From Escherichia coli (GTDB taxonomy: Bacteria > Pseudomonadota > Gammaproteobacteria > Enterobacterales > Enterobacteriaceae): a stretch of DNA of 64,000 nucleotides. The notes below the pieces were generated by a model. The model was not told the origin of the DNA and ran no database searches. It saw only the letters and a list, made by a program, of their open reading frames with translations. Within the stretch, counting starts at the first letter, position 1. Each line of letters begins with the position of its first letter. This document shows, in pieces, positions 54,404-64,000 of the stretch. The DNA is taken from NCBI GenBank assembly GCA_025336725.1, contig GCA_025336725.1_3647.1; one strand, given 5' to 3'. Position numbers and translations under genes: made by a program.

Positions 54404-54492
54404 TAAATCTTGCCAAGGTTGCAATGGTCCTGCTAATTATTTGCTGGTCAGTAACCTTAACACTGTGTCTTGTATTTCAGTAAGGTGCTTGT

Positions 54493-54756
54493 ATGAACAT
54501 CCTGATGTGGGGTGTAGCAGTGGCGTTTGTTGCATGTTTTTGCTGCTGGGTTGCGGTGAGGATTTCTGTAGCTACCCTTCGGAAGTTGGGGTTCTCAGAG
54601 TGGGATATTAATATCCTCTCTTTTCGCAATGAAACAATCTCAGCCGCCCTGCTCTGTAAGAAATTCAAGTGGGAACCTTGTGAGGTCATGAACTATCTAA
54701 GAACGGGTGATATACCTGAAAGATTTAAAAAAGTTCTTGACGGCAAGGATAAATGA
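54493..54756 (+). CDS. Small membrane protein
   Basis: 87 aa with N-terminal hydrophobic helix. Confidence 0.35.
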   Translation: MNILMWGVAVAFVACFCCWVAVRISVATLRKLGFSEWDINILSFRNETISAALLCKKFKWEPCEVMNYLRTGDIPERFKKVLDGKDK

Positions 54757-54845
54757 TAGTATAGTGACTAACAAGAGGTGAGGAATGACTGATTTTACTG
54801 AAGCTTTAATGATGGCCTTGTCTGTTTTAGCGCTATCGGTGTGTT

Positions 54846-55163
54846 TTGGTGCGTTATTCACATCTCTGGTTAAAGTTTTACATACCATATTATCACCCAA
54901 GGAGCACAGTAATGACGAAGATTGACTTAAATGCTGGCGACCATGTTGTTGTCAAATGCATCGGGGATTATCTTGGATTCACAATCGGCAATACTTACGA
55001 GGCAGTAGTGGCGAATGTTTATCATGATAAAGTCCTCAGTCTTGTATTTGACTGCGACGATGACGGAGATGACCGCTACGTCTGTGAGGTGCTGGCACGT
55101 GACGATAGTGAAGATCAGAAATTCCTGGTTATCGAACTGAACGGTATTTTTGTAGAACGTTAA
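54846..55163 (+). CDS. Hypothetical protein
   Basis: Track ORF; likely start at internal Met (MTKIDLNAGD). Confidence 0.3.
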   Translation: MVRYSHLWLKFYIPYYHPRSTVMTKIDLNAGDHVVVKCIGDYLGFTIGNTYEAVVANVYHDKVLSLVFDCDDDGDDRYVCEVLARDDSEDQKFLVIELNGIFVER

Positions 55164-55191
55164 TTTAAAACAATATAAGGAGACTCTTACT

Positions 55192-55497
55192 ATGGCTAAA
55201 TCTAAAGTTGAACTGTTCACCTCTCTTCCTTCTGACACTGCAGAGCGTGATCGCCTCCGTAAAACAATTGAAGAGCTGGTAGAACTTCAGCTTCAGATTA
55301 AAGATCTGAAAGATGCTATTAAGGATATCATCCTTGTTGAGAAGCAGGATCACCTGTATTCCCCTAAATTCATCAAATCTCTGGTGGCTACCGAGTTCGA
55401 TATTCGCTATGAGGCTGAAAAGCGTCGAGCTAAAATCGAAGAAGAGGTTGAACACATGTCTGAGGCAGACATTCTGTTCAAACGCTCTGTAGAATAA
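55192..55497 (+). CDS. Hypothetical coiled-coil protein
   Basis: 101-aa track ORF followed by a strong terminator. Confidence 0.35.
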   Translation: MAKSKVELFTSLPSDTAERDRLRKTIEELVELQLQIKDLKDAIKDIILVEKQDHLYSPKFIKSLVATEFDIRYEAEKRRAKIEEEVEHMSEADILFKRSVE

Positions 55498-55503
55498 TGA
55501 CAA

Positions 55504-55529
55504 AGAGGGGGCTTGGCCCCTCTTTTTTA
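55504..55529 (+). terminator. Intrinsic terminator
   Basis: AGAGGGG-gcttgg-CCCCTCT followed by TTTTTT. Confidence 0.65.
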
Positions 55530-55551
55530 CTATCTATGAAGGAGATTTGAG

Positions 55552-55878
55552 ATGGGTATGCCGATTACTGTAAAAGAATTGAATGAACGTGATGCAGGTG
55601 GGCTATGGCCTGCACGAAAAATACGCTGCGTCTATATGAAAGAGAATCTTGAACATCTTGATCAACAGATCAAGGTCGGCGATATTTTCGAGGTCTTCTA
55701 TTCCAATCGTCGCAACTGGGAAACCATTCAGCCTTCTGGTTTTGTTCTTGCCAAACTTGACACTGGAGAAGTGATTATCCCCGGGTTGAATATTGTCTTC
55801 GAAATTATCCAGGAGTGGGATCCGGACAAAATGAAATACGAAGAGTTGTTCGGTAAGGACATCATTAAACCTGTGTGA
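55552..55878 (+). CDS. Hypothetical protein
   Basis: 108-aa track ORF. Confidence 0.3.
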   Translation: MGMPITVKELNERDAGGLWPARKIRCVYMKENLEHLDQQIKVGDIFEVFYSNRRNWETIQPSGFVLAKLDTGEVIIPGLNIVFEIIQEWDPDKMKYEELFGKDIIKPV

Positions 55879-55886
55879 GGTGAATT

Positions 55887-56186
55887 ATGTCTACAAAGAC
55901 AGCTAAATACTCATACATGCCAGCCACCTCAGCAGAAATAGACTTCAGTTTTGATGTGTTTCCACTGTTTGAGGTAGTTCTGGCATACCCTACTGTATTA
56001 TCTGCTCCTGAATCACTTGTGCCTGTTAAATTGCAGAACGCCATGCATTCCATGCACTACAACAATAAATGTAGGCACAGATGGTGTCAAGACGAGGAAA
56101 AAGATCTGGAGAGTTTGAGAGATTTTGATAGCCACCTTTTGACAACTTTTAGCTACTCTAATCTTGATAAGCCCTCATGGGTATAG
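55887..56186 (+). CDS. Hypothetical protein
   Basis: 99-aa track ORF. Confidence 0.3.
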   Translation: MSTKTAKYSYMPATSAEIDFSFDVFPLFEVVLAYPTVLSAPESLVPVKLQNAMHSMHYNNKCRHRWCQDEEKDLESLRDFDSHLLTTFSYSNLDKPSWV

Positions 56187-56210
56187 CAAAATATAGAATT
56201 TAAGGCACCT

Positions 56211-56239
56211 AGGACGCTCTGTGGCGTCCTTTTCTTTAT
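56211..56239 (+). terminator. Intrinsic terminator
   Basis: AGGACGC-tctgtg-GCGTCCT followed by TTTCTTTAT. Confidence 0.55.
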
Positions 56240-56398
56240 CTGATGCACGATTGCATATCTTAGATAGTTAATCTCACCACAGAGCGTTTAAGAGCTTCCT
56301 GCACACAATTATCTTTTTCGAGCGTAGCGAGAACGCACGTCCGTTTTGACCCAAATCACCATACGCTCGGATTTTAACCAACCCTCGCGGCGTTTCTG

Positions 56399-56427
56399 TT
56401 GACACATTACCGCTCCTGTGATAGTAT
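56399..56427 (+). promoter_or_regulatory. Sigma70-type promoter
   Basis: TTGACA - 17 nt - TAGTAT, upstream of two small unlisted ORFs (33-aa hydrophobic peptide, 52-aa acidic protein). Confidence 0.4.
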
Positions 56428-56821
56428 CCACACATCGTTTGGAGAATATGGAATACACAATTAAAACATTGTCAGAGGTTTTGGTGGTGATCCTGATGAT
56501 CATCACGTCCATAGCGGCTGTTGCCGGAATACTAACGGGTGGAACATGACCAACACACATGCATCTGAAGAGACATCTGAAGAAGTGACCGTAGAGGAAA
56601 ACTTAGACCCTGAGGCTGATGACCTGACGTGGGAAGACATCTTAGACATCTGGTTCTCTATCCTGCCTGAGCACGAAGAGTTCAGAGGTGGCAGACTATG
56701 AAGCACCGAGCCCACATAAGTTTATCATGCTAAAGCATGGCCTGAAGAGGCAAACGTATATAAATTCCTGCGCATTGGAACGTATAACCCTGTTCACACT
56801 CTCATTCCCAGAGGAGATTTC

Positions 56822-57037
56822 ATGAAGATAGAAATATTTGGTGGAGCTGACAACACTCGTGGCCTGATTTACCTTGAATTTGATGAATCTTACCTCCCAG
56901 AGGTGTTAAACATGGACGCTATTGCAGAATCCCTTAATGTAGACCCTAAAGATCTCTACTCAGGTGCTGAAATTGATGGTTGGGAAGAGACTATGAACAT
57001 TGATTTCAGTGAATCAGGTGATGAACCTCTGGACTGA
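56822..57037 (+). CDS. Small acidic hypothetical protein (MKIEIF-type)
   Basis: 71-aa track ORF, last plus-strand gene before the ORF-poor region. Confidence 0.35.
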   Translation: MKIEIFGGADNTRGLIYLEFDESYLPEVLNMDAIAESLNVDPKDLYSGAEIDGWEETMNIDFSESGDEPLD

Positions 57038-57385
57038 CACACAATTAGCTGCTCAGCTAAGGTTCTGTAGGCACCTATAACATCTTCCAACTAAATTTCC
57101 TACCAACACAGTTACTTACCTACCACACATGACTGTTTGCTTGTTTAGTGAGCAGTCATCCCTTGACATTCTTGCCTATCATGATAAAATTAAGTTCTTC
57201 TCTTTTCTTTTACCGAGTAATTCGGGTTTTCTGTTCTCTTCGGTTTGAAGGGGTATGGAGATACACCTGAGTGAACAGGGTGAACAACCGAACATTTGGC
57301 TATGGCATTAGCATGGCGAAGCGGACGGGTGACGAAAGAGGGGCCGGAGGACACCAGTCACTGCCATATAGTATATGGGTGATAA

Positions 57386-57927
57386 CCTGAAGAGTCTGAA
57401 TAAGTGTTTAAGTACCAGTCAGAGGAAAGGGTGAATGGTAGACGAAGGGGGAGGGGGGTTTCTTATATCTTTAATTTGTATACTTTATATACACTTGTAA
57501 ACCAATTCAATTGTAATTTGTTTACCACACAAAGTGGATAGAGACAAATATCACCTATTAAACTTGAATTATTTATAGAAAATACCACAACACCTCTTAA
57601 GTCTTTGATTTTACACACAAATCTTACAAATATCCTACCTCCATATTTAACATACTTGTAACATACTCCATATCCTACCTGCCTGATCAATTTTACTCCC
57701 ATCACATCCCCACATTCCCCTGTCTGTATTACTCCCCGCCCCGCTTGGGAGTCCTGTCATATCTGGCTTTCCGGCAAATATCACACCCACAAATATCATC
57801 ACCTGAAGAGGGTTTCATCCCATAGTATATACCTTGCCTGAAGAGCGCTTCATACACCACCTAAATTTTTTAATTGACCCCTCCCCGCCGCCGGAGAGGT
57901 TGGCTTTTCCCACACAGGCCTGAAGAG
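57386..57927 (+). repeat. Four same-strand copies of CCTGAAGAG
   Basis: Copies at ~57386, 57802, 57837, 57919; two preceded by ATAGTATAT. Confidence 0.5.
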
Positions 57928-58464
57928 TCAGCCAGAAATATCTCAAGGGGTCCGGTTATGCCACGATTCTGTGCTTGTCCTACAGGAGTGCTGCCCTGTC
58001 AGGAGCCGGTAGCGACTGGAGTGCTGCCAGGCGGACGGAATGGGAATACTTCTCATTCTTATAACGATTCTCAAATATCATGGCAGTGAGGCAAATTAAT
58101 AGGCCAGGCCGTTCACACAGTGGCACAACATTTGCAACCTATCTTGGGTGGGGGAATGAGAATACCTATCATTGTGAGAATAGTTATCATTACGGGCAAT
58201 TTAACATAATACCCATTATGCGCACCACTGGCGATACATACAGGGATTGATAACATGTGACACTGTTTACGCATATAACAATTGCATTTCTTACTATTTG
58301 TGGGGGATATAGTTAGCAGCCAATAGATTAGATATTAACCTGCAGCTATCCAGCCATTTAGACGTCTAAACGCCCACACAACAAGGATTATACATACATT
58401 CCTGAATGTAAACAGGGCCGCAAAAATGCTACCATACCAGATTGTAAATTTTTCATGCAGCACT

Positions 58465-58560
58465 TGACAAAGAGGAGAAAAACTTGTCTGACATGCTGTG
58501 ACATAATGGTGACATACTGGGCATGCTGTGACACAACTGACACGATTGACATAATTGACA
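58465..58560 (+). repeat. Phased array of TGACA(T) motifs
   Basis: Eight TGACA at ~58465, 58489, 58499, 58510, 58529, 58538, 58547, 58556; last four 9 bp apart; GCATGCTGTGACA occurs twice. Confidence 0.5.
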
Positions 58561-58683
58561 TGCATGACTGTTTACGCTCTCACTATTCCCGCTATTACTA
58601 TTCACTCCCTTTACTGTTTACATTTCCAATAATCTACATGCATAATAGTTTACATAGCTAACTATTTACACAGAGATGATAAG

Positions 58684-58924
58684 CCATGACATTCGTTTGC
58701 ATGACAATAATCACACTGATTATAATTAGCATGACATAATATAAAAGCAGGGCAACTATTAGAAGATCTATAGTTGCCTTGCTTATTATGTCATGATTAA
58801 CTGAATATAAGGCAACTATGATCTGATTAATAGTTTGCAGACAAACTATCACGGGGGTGATGGTTACTGCTTTTATATTATGTCGCGACTCCGTCGCGCC
58901 ATGCCATTCGTTTGCATAGTTGCC
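58684..58924. repeat. Direct repeat plus long imperfect palindrome
   Basis: CCATG(A/C)CATTCGTTTGCAT at ~58684 and ~58899; inverted arms CATGACATAATA...GGCAACTAT / ATAGTTGCC...ATTATGTCATG about an AGATCT centre (~58730-58795). Confidence 0.5.
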
Positions 58925-59530
58925 TTATTGTTACAGGTAAAACAATTGCATTGTTAATTGTTTCTTATCTTTTTCTTAGTCATCTAATGATTTCAGTCAG
59001 GACAGTAATGTACAGTAACCATTAGACGACTAAAGATTTCTCTGTTTATGATAACTCACCGTGATAATTTCGGACGGTTTACGAAAAATGTTGACACCCT
59101 GGCTGATTTATGTTATGCAGTTTACACGAATAATTATTTTATGCAGGTATTGACTATTCCGTTATTCTGTGGTTGGAATAAATACTTAGCAGGCTATAGA
59201 ATGGTGAACGTACGTAAATTCTGAGATTTGGCGGCTATAGTTATACTCGATTTTTCACGTAGAACACGGCTTTGTGGTTGTGTAAGTGTATGACTTATAA
59301 AGATTTTTAGTTATTGACAAGATATTGAAGATGTGCATCAGGTTAAATTTTGTGCAATAGCGGCATTACGTGCAATTTTGGGAGAGAAAACGGGTAAAAA
59401 TGGCATTGCTACCACATAATGAAAGATTATGCAATAGTTATTTTATATGTATATTTGTACAGTGTGCGGGATTGATGGCTCGTCAATTATTCCACTTGCC
59501 AGGCGGGGCCGTTGTGGTAGGAAGAGAGCA

Positions 59531-59559
59531 GACAAAAAGAAAGGGGCTTAGTGGGCCCC
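59531..59559 (-). terminator. Intrinsic terminator for the minus-strand block
   Basis: Minus-strand GGGGC-ccactaa-GCCCC followed by TTTCTTTTTGT. Confidence 0.45.
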
Positions 59560-59714
59560 TTGATAATTCAGTTAAAAAATTATAATGATTCGTATATTTC
59601 AAAAATCCGATTTGCCAGGCGTCGTTACGGAATCTAAATTTTTCTTCACGTTTGATCATAAGATCTTTATAGCCGTATTTCCTTAAGCACTTCATTAACT
59701 TTATGGCGGCATAC

Positions 59715-60002
59715 TTACATTATCTTGAGCGTCACCAATAAACTTGTTGCTATGTGGTGCATTGCTTTAATTTCTTCTTCCAGGACCAGGGCAACTACGC
59801 GGACCGGATCAAGCTGATATGCGGTAACATCAATGCGGCATTGTAGACGGCTTTTAACGTCTGCCACCGGATATACTGCAACCTCTTCCCCGTCAACATT
59901 GACGATAATTAGTTTACCATCGATTTCGAATCCTTTCGCCGCCGGACCGTGACAAAAAGCGTTATCAAAACTGTATGCCGGATTATCAGATTCAATGTTC
60001 AT
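59715..60002 (-). CDS. Hypothetical protein
   Basis: 95-aa track ORF. Confidence 0.3.
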   Translation of the reverse strand: MNIESDNPAYSFDNAFCHGPAAKGFEIDGKLIIVNVDGEEVAVYPVADVKSRLQCRIDVTAYQLDPVRVVALVLEEEIKAMHHIATSLLVTLKIM

Positions 60003-60156
60003 GGCGTTTTTACCTCTCAGTTAATTTTCTTACAGCTTCCCTTCAAAAAAGAATATATCAAAACTGCCGATCCCTGTCAACCAGGGATAGCATAATTTTT
60101 ATGTGATCAAGGGGCTGTTTGCCCCTGACCATGTAACTTGTTGTATTATTTATTGC

Positions 60157-60405
60157 TCATCCAGCTTTCCCAAGCTGCCTGATAATCTGCCTCACTGCGG
60201 CGGATCTCTTCTTGCTCTTCAAGCCGGATCTCTTCTTCAAAGGTAAAGGATATCGGATTTTTGGTCTGGCGTAACATCCAATCATCTTTTTTACGGGTAA
60301 AGATCTTATATGCTTTCTCGCAAACCTCCTTTTTACTACCTTTTTGGACTTCAGCGCTTTGTAGGCCATGTACTGAACTAGTTTGAGCTGATCAAGGCGT
60401 TTCAT
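60157..60405 (-). CDS. Small basic hypothetical protein
   Basis: 82 aa, Lys/Arg-rich. Confidence 0.3.
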   Translation of the reverse strand: MKRLDQLKLVQYMAYKALKSKKVVKRRFARKHIRSLPVKKMIGCYARPKIRYPLPLKKRSGLKSKKRSAAVRQIIRQLGKAG

Positions 60406-60470
60406 GATGTTTTCCCTCTTTATGGGGTTCTGGTTTGGTGGGCCTTTTGGCCCGCAGTGTCATTATCTTA

Positions 60471-60740
60471 TTACTTACGGCGGCAAAATTCAAGTGTTTT
60501 AATTGATAATCTTCCTCGGCCTGATACAACCGCCTCAATCATTTCGTTGGCATTGTTGAAGCCATACCCTTGAGCGAACTCATCCGCGCCACCTTCGTGA
60601 TCATGTTCTGCATTCATCGCTTCCACAAAATGGAATTCCAGGGTTATTGAGATAAGGCTTGATGTTCCGTCCTCTTTTTCGATGAGATCCCAAATAGCGT
60701 TAAAACGTGATTCGACTTCTTGGTTAATCCAGCTTGACAC
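60471..60740 (-). CDS. Hypothetical acidic protein
   Basis: 89-aa track ORF. Confidence 0.3.
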   Translation of the reverse strand: MSSWINQEVESRFNAIWDLIEKEDGTSSLISITLEFHFVEAMNAEHDHEGGADEFAQGYGFNNANEMIEAVVSGRGRLSIKTLEFCRRK

Positions 60741-61162
60741 GGCGTTTTCCTCTCTTCTGGTTGTTGTGTGGACACTTTTGCCCCTTCAAGATAAATGTTA
60801 CCTAACCACGGCAGATGTCAACTGTTTTTATAGTTTTTATATAACGGGCACCCTACGTGGGTGTCTCCCCGTCGCCAGGTGCCACCCGTGAGATAAGTAT
60901 AACAAAAAACAGGACCATTGCAAGCCCTGTTTATTGTCTTAAAACCAGTTGCCAACCGTTTCCAATAGATCACTGCCTATCAGGACAACACTGATCAGCA
61001 CATACCTAACCATAAAGGGAAAGATCGCCAACATTGCCGCCACGATCCCTATGGTAATAATTATCTTTCTCATGTTTTCTATTCTCTTTCTGTTGCGTTC
61101 AAGGCGGTCACCGCCGCCTGCTTATGCTTTGTTAGTCAAGGGGGCGTACGGTATAGATTAAA

Positions 61163-61387
61163 CTATGCTGTACGCTCAACTATGACAACGGTTTGAGGGA
61201 TCTCACCTTCCACCACTATCAAGGCTTTTTTCTGCGTAATGGATATTTTTACCCGCTTCAGCGTGGCGGTAAAGTCTTTCATTTCGTCACGTGGTGTTTT
61301 AGTGCAATGCCAGATCTCAGGCTTACCTATTTGCAAGCCGCGTAAAAATTCCGTTTTCCCTGTTTTGTTCGTGATCATTTGTTTCAC
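61163..61387 (-). CDS. Hypothetical protein
   Basis: 74-aa track ORF. Confidence 0.3.
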   Translation of the reverse strand: MKQMITNKTGKTEFLRGLQIGKPEIWHCTKTPRDEMKDFTATLKRVKISITQKKALIVVEGEIPQTVVIVERTA

Positions 61388-61388
61388 C

Positions 61389-61598
61389 TTACCCGATACC
61401 GTGGGAAGATAGGATCATGTTAGCCATAGTTGCAACCACTCCAACCGATAATGCCAGGCCAACTACTACAACCGTGAAAATTTTTTCTAACATGATTCCA
61501 CCATCATTAATGGGCGTTGCCTTATTGCCCCGCCCTATGTCGTACACTTTACCAGATCCGCGCCAGGTGTCAACAATTATTTTTAACCGTCTGTACAT
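61389..61598 (-). CDS. Small membrane protein (putative)
   Basis: 69 aa with hydrophobic segment VVVVGLALSVGVVATMANMIL; competing plus-strand ORF judged less likely. Confidence 0.25.
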   Translation of the reverse strand: MYRRLKIIVDTWRGSGKVYDIGRGNKATPINDGGIMLEKIFTVVVVGLALSVGVVATMANMILSSHGIG

Positions 61599-61664
61599 TC
61601 TGAAATTGTCAAGGTTTTTGATAAAACAATGGAATTGAGAGTTTTCCCATCTTCTGATCCTCTG

Positions 61665-61928
61665 TTAGCATATGATAGCGATCACGCCGCCACAAATAAA
61701 AGGTAAATCAAAACGGTCTAACCTGCAAGCTATTTTTAAACGAAAGGCAACATAAAAGAAAAGTTGCAAACAATCGATCATTGTGTTAGCTGTTGAAACG
61801 CTGCCAGCATTAAACATCGCCCCGCCCACGGCGTTAAACGTTGCGTTACTCACGAAAGCGAAAAGGCAAGCGATCACGGTGGCGATCATAATGTTGCGTT
61901 TTGTCAATTTGTAGATGATGTTTTTCAT
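61665..61928 (-). CDS. Small membrane protein (putative)
   Basis: 87 aa with N-terminal hydrophobic helix. Confidence 0.3.
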   Translation of the reverse strand: MKNIIYKLTKRNIMIATVIACLFAFVSNATFNAVGGAMFNAGSVSTANTMIDCLQLFFYVAFRLKIACRLDRFDLPFICGGVIAIIC

Positions 61929-61992
61929 TCTGTCATGTTGGCGGCAGCGATGCCGCCTTATGTATTATGCTTTGTTAGATTGTTGTTTGTTG

Positions 61993-62226
61993 TCAACTAT
62001 TTTCAAAAAATTTTTCTGCTGTAATATTTTTCCCGGTAGGGTTCGCTACTTTCAAAATTTTATCATGCACTGGACGCCCAAAAGAATAAGCGCCGTACAC
62101 AGTGCACCAATAATCGCCGTCAGGCTGTACTATTACCGCCGCATAGGGTACGCCTTTTTCGTTTTTGCTGACAAAATAGATCACATTGCCATTAATAGCC
62201 TCAGCGCGTTTAATTTGTTCCATCAT
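61993..62226 (-). CDS. Hypothetical protein
   Basis: 77-aa track ORF. Confidence 0.3.
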   Translation of the reverse strand: MMEQIKRAEAINGNVIYFVSKNEKGVPYAAVIVQPDGDYWCTVYGAYSFGRPVHDKILKVANPTGKNITAEKFFENS

Positions 62227-62289
62227 GATGATTCACCTATCTTTATTTTTTCATAGTTTCAGGAGGGGCCTTTTTCGGCCCCGCCAGGC

Positions 62290-62589
62290 TTATTTATTGA
62301 TGGCGTGCAGCGGGAAAGGTACGCCAGGTTGATAGATAACTTTTACAACCTCATCAGGGCAAAAAAAGTTACAAAATTCACCCTGATAAGCCTCATCCTC
62401 TTTTAATTCTTCATCAACATACTGGAAAAAGTAGTCGATGCTTGGATAATCCTGACCGGGATTATAGTCGACCATTGTCAGGACTAGTTCAAGATCGTTG
62501 CGTAGGATATGCATACCCGCTTTTAAGTATTTTGCTTCCATTTCTACTACATCGCCAACAGTAACAATAGCCATGATTTTAACTCCCAT
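62290..62589 (-). CDS. Hypothetical protein
   Basis: 99-aa track ORF. Confidence 0.3.
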   Translation of the reverse strand: MGVKIMAIVTVGDVVEMEAKYLKAGMHILRNDLELVLTMVDYNPGQDYPSIDYFFQYVDEELKEDEAYQGEFCNFFCPDEVVKVIYQPGVPFPLHAINK

Positions 62590-62797
62590 CTATCCGGTTA
62601 ATGATTGGGGGCCGCCCCCTGATAAGTCTTATTATCCATATTGTCGGACTTGATGCAAGTACTTTTTAAAAATTTTTTAAACGCCTTGGGGGCCGCTGTA
62701 GCGCTAAAATAAAAAAGGCCATGCAACCGCATAGCCTTTGTGTGATTATATCGCTGCAGGCCCTGCCATGGGCCTTATTTTGCATCATTTGCCGGAA

Positions 62798-63118
62798 TTA
62801 TTCAGAGAAAACATCGTTCACAATAGCGATCACAATGCCGCCCACCTTGTCACGGTCAACAATGCACAAATCACCATAGATCATGTGGTAGTCTGGATGA
62901 TCTTTCACGGAATAGTCAATGAGTGTTTTCTTATCATCCAGCTTTTTAACTTCCACAGTCATTGTAATAAAATGATCGTTAAAGGCACTATTGCGGAAGA
63001 TCATTACCTGGCCGCCTTGACATCCAGTGATCTCAACTTCCACGCCGTCTACGATCTGACCATCAAAGAAATAAAGATTATTGGCGGGCATAAACATGAT
63101 CATTGCTCCTTTTTGCAC
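62798..63118 (-). CDS. Hypothetical protein
   Basis: 106-aa track ORF; the overlapping plus-strand ORF looks like a shadow. Confidence 0.3.
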   Translation of the reverse strand: MQKGAMIMFMPANNLYFFDGQIVDGVEVEITGCQGGQVMIFRNSAFNDHFITMTVEVKKLDDKKTLIDYSVKDHPDYHMIYGDLCIVDRDKVGGIVIAIVNDVFSE

Positions 63119-63189
63119 TGATTATTTTAGCAGGGTTTAAATTTACTTTATTTGATGGCCCTGGGGTCAAGGCCATCTAAAAATAAATT

Positions 63190-63390
63190 TTACAGGCCTA
63201 CGATCTCTTTAATTCGTTTTACTGCTGCCTCAGCGCCTTGAGGGTAAAAATTATGGTAACCAATTACGCGGGTAATACTGATCGCCGCCTGATGATCTTC
63301 ATAATACCCCTTGAATATTTCTTGACCATCAACCAGCACAGCGATTTTTTCTTCTTTTTTGAAATTAATAACGCGGATATTGTTGCTCAT
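63190..63390 (-). CDS. Hypothetical protein
   Basis: 66-aa track ORF. Confidence 0.3.
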   Translation of the reverse strand: MSNNIRVINFKKEEKIAVLVDGQEIFKGYYEDHQAAISITRVIGYHNFYPQGAEAAVKRIKEIVGL

Positions 63391-63674
63391 TTTGTTTCTC
63401 CTTTTGGAACTTTGTCTGTGTGGTGGGGAGTGTCTCCCCGTTGATTGTTATTATCCATATCCCGGACCGGATTGCAACACCCCGGAAGAAAAATTTTTTG
63501 AAAAAAGTCAGGCCCCCAGGGATCGGGGCCGTTATCAGGTACGTACGGCGATAAAATACATCCCTACGCCTAACAATATTTCAAGGGCGATAATCTCAAG
63601 CCATACCATAACGCGGCGCGCCTTATCGGTGCTGGGCTTATCCTTGAGTGTCATCGTCTCCCCCTTTCCTTCTG

Positions 63675-63914
63675 TTAGCAGTGACGTGGTTTACAATGGC
63701 CCCCAGGAGTATTATCGCCACGCACATTACGAGAAAAATTATTTCTGTCGTTGTTCGATCCATTGTTATAAAATTCCTCAAGATCAGGCCTAAAAGTAAA
63801 TTTTTCGTTATTGAATCCATCACGCCAGGCGGCTGGCCTCAAATCTTCACTAAATGGATTAATTAACGTGGTATTATTTAAACGGCTGGCCCACATATTT
63901 TCTATTCCTCTCAA
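63675..63914 (-). CDS. Hypothetical protein
   Basis: 79-aa track ORF. Confidence 0.25.
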   Translation of the reverse strand: MRGIENMWASRLNNTTLINPFSEDLRPAAWRDGFNNEKFTFRPDLEEFYNNGSNNDRNNFSRNVRGDNTPGGHCKPRHC

Positions 63915-64000
63915 ATAAGCGATCCGCCTCAGTTAAACAAATCTCATGGGCGTGATCTCTGGTTTTAGCTTCATCAAAAACCTGTTGTGCAAGGCTGCAA

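Noticed and set aside
57040-59714. Prophage attachment site or integration module
   Set aside because: No integrase, excisionase or CI-like repressor is visible in the window and the tRNA genes are far from this region; gene content is that of a virulent phage.
60949-61161. Plus-strand ORF inside the minus-strand gene block
   Set aside because: Low-complexity translation, opposite to all neighbouring genes, no clear RBS; left uncalled.

Overview
This 64-kb window is a segment of a virulent tailed-phage genome with a contractile-tail (myovirus-like) structural module and T4/FelixO1-style accessory content. It looks like a draft assembly: one ~100-nt N gap, several conserved genes split by frameshifts (some at T-runs) and one in-frame stop in the large terminase. 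No tools were run; all calls come from reading the sequence and the supplied ORF track, and hand-derived RNA/regulatory coordinates are approximate (about +/-3 nt). Layout: (i) 1-12.7 kb, minus strand: late structural/packaging module (Zn-ribbon repeat protein, tail tube, tail sheath, neck/head-completion ORFs, major capsid, decoration-like, scaffold, portal, large terminase, spanin pair) with intrinsic terminators. (ii) 13.1-13.9 kb: minus-strand tRNA array (Pro, Met, Thr, one atypical tRNA-like, Ser, Tyr, Arg) behind a consensus sigma70-type promoter. (iii) 14-17.5 kb: small minus-strand genes, a bank of four palindromic operator-like sites beside a GC-rich hairpin-dense non-coding segment, and a metallophosphatase plus P-loop kinase. 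(iv) 17.5-57 kb, plus strand: RNA ligase-like enzyme, Sir2, MazG-like protein, DNA ligase, lambda-R-like endolysin, HNH-AP2 endonuclease, FEN exonuclease, resolvase-like genes, DnaQ-like exonuclease, two DNA methyltransferases, an intein-containing dNMP kinase, HAD nucleotidase, ThyX, NrdA/NrdB, glutaredoxin, NrdD interrupted by two group I introns, NrdG, PhoH, ClpP-like protease, an HPF-like ribosome hibernation factor and a long array of small paralogous early-type genes. (v) 57-59.7 kb: ORF-poor, repeat-rich convergent region. (vi) 59.7-64 kb: small minus-strand ORFs. The strongest candidates for something undescribed are the four-site palindromic operator bank with its structured neighbour (15.5-16.0 kb), the RNA-repair-like / Sir2 cluster beside the tRNA array (16.4-21 kb), and the repeat-rich 57-59.7 kb region.
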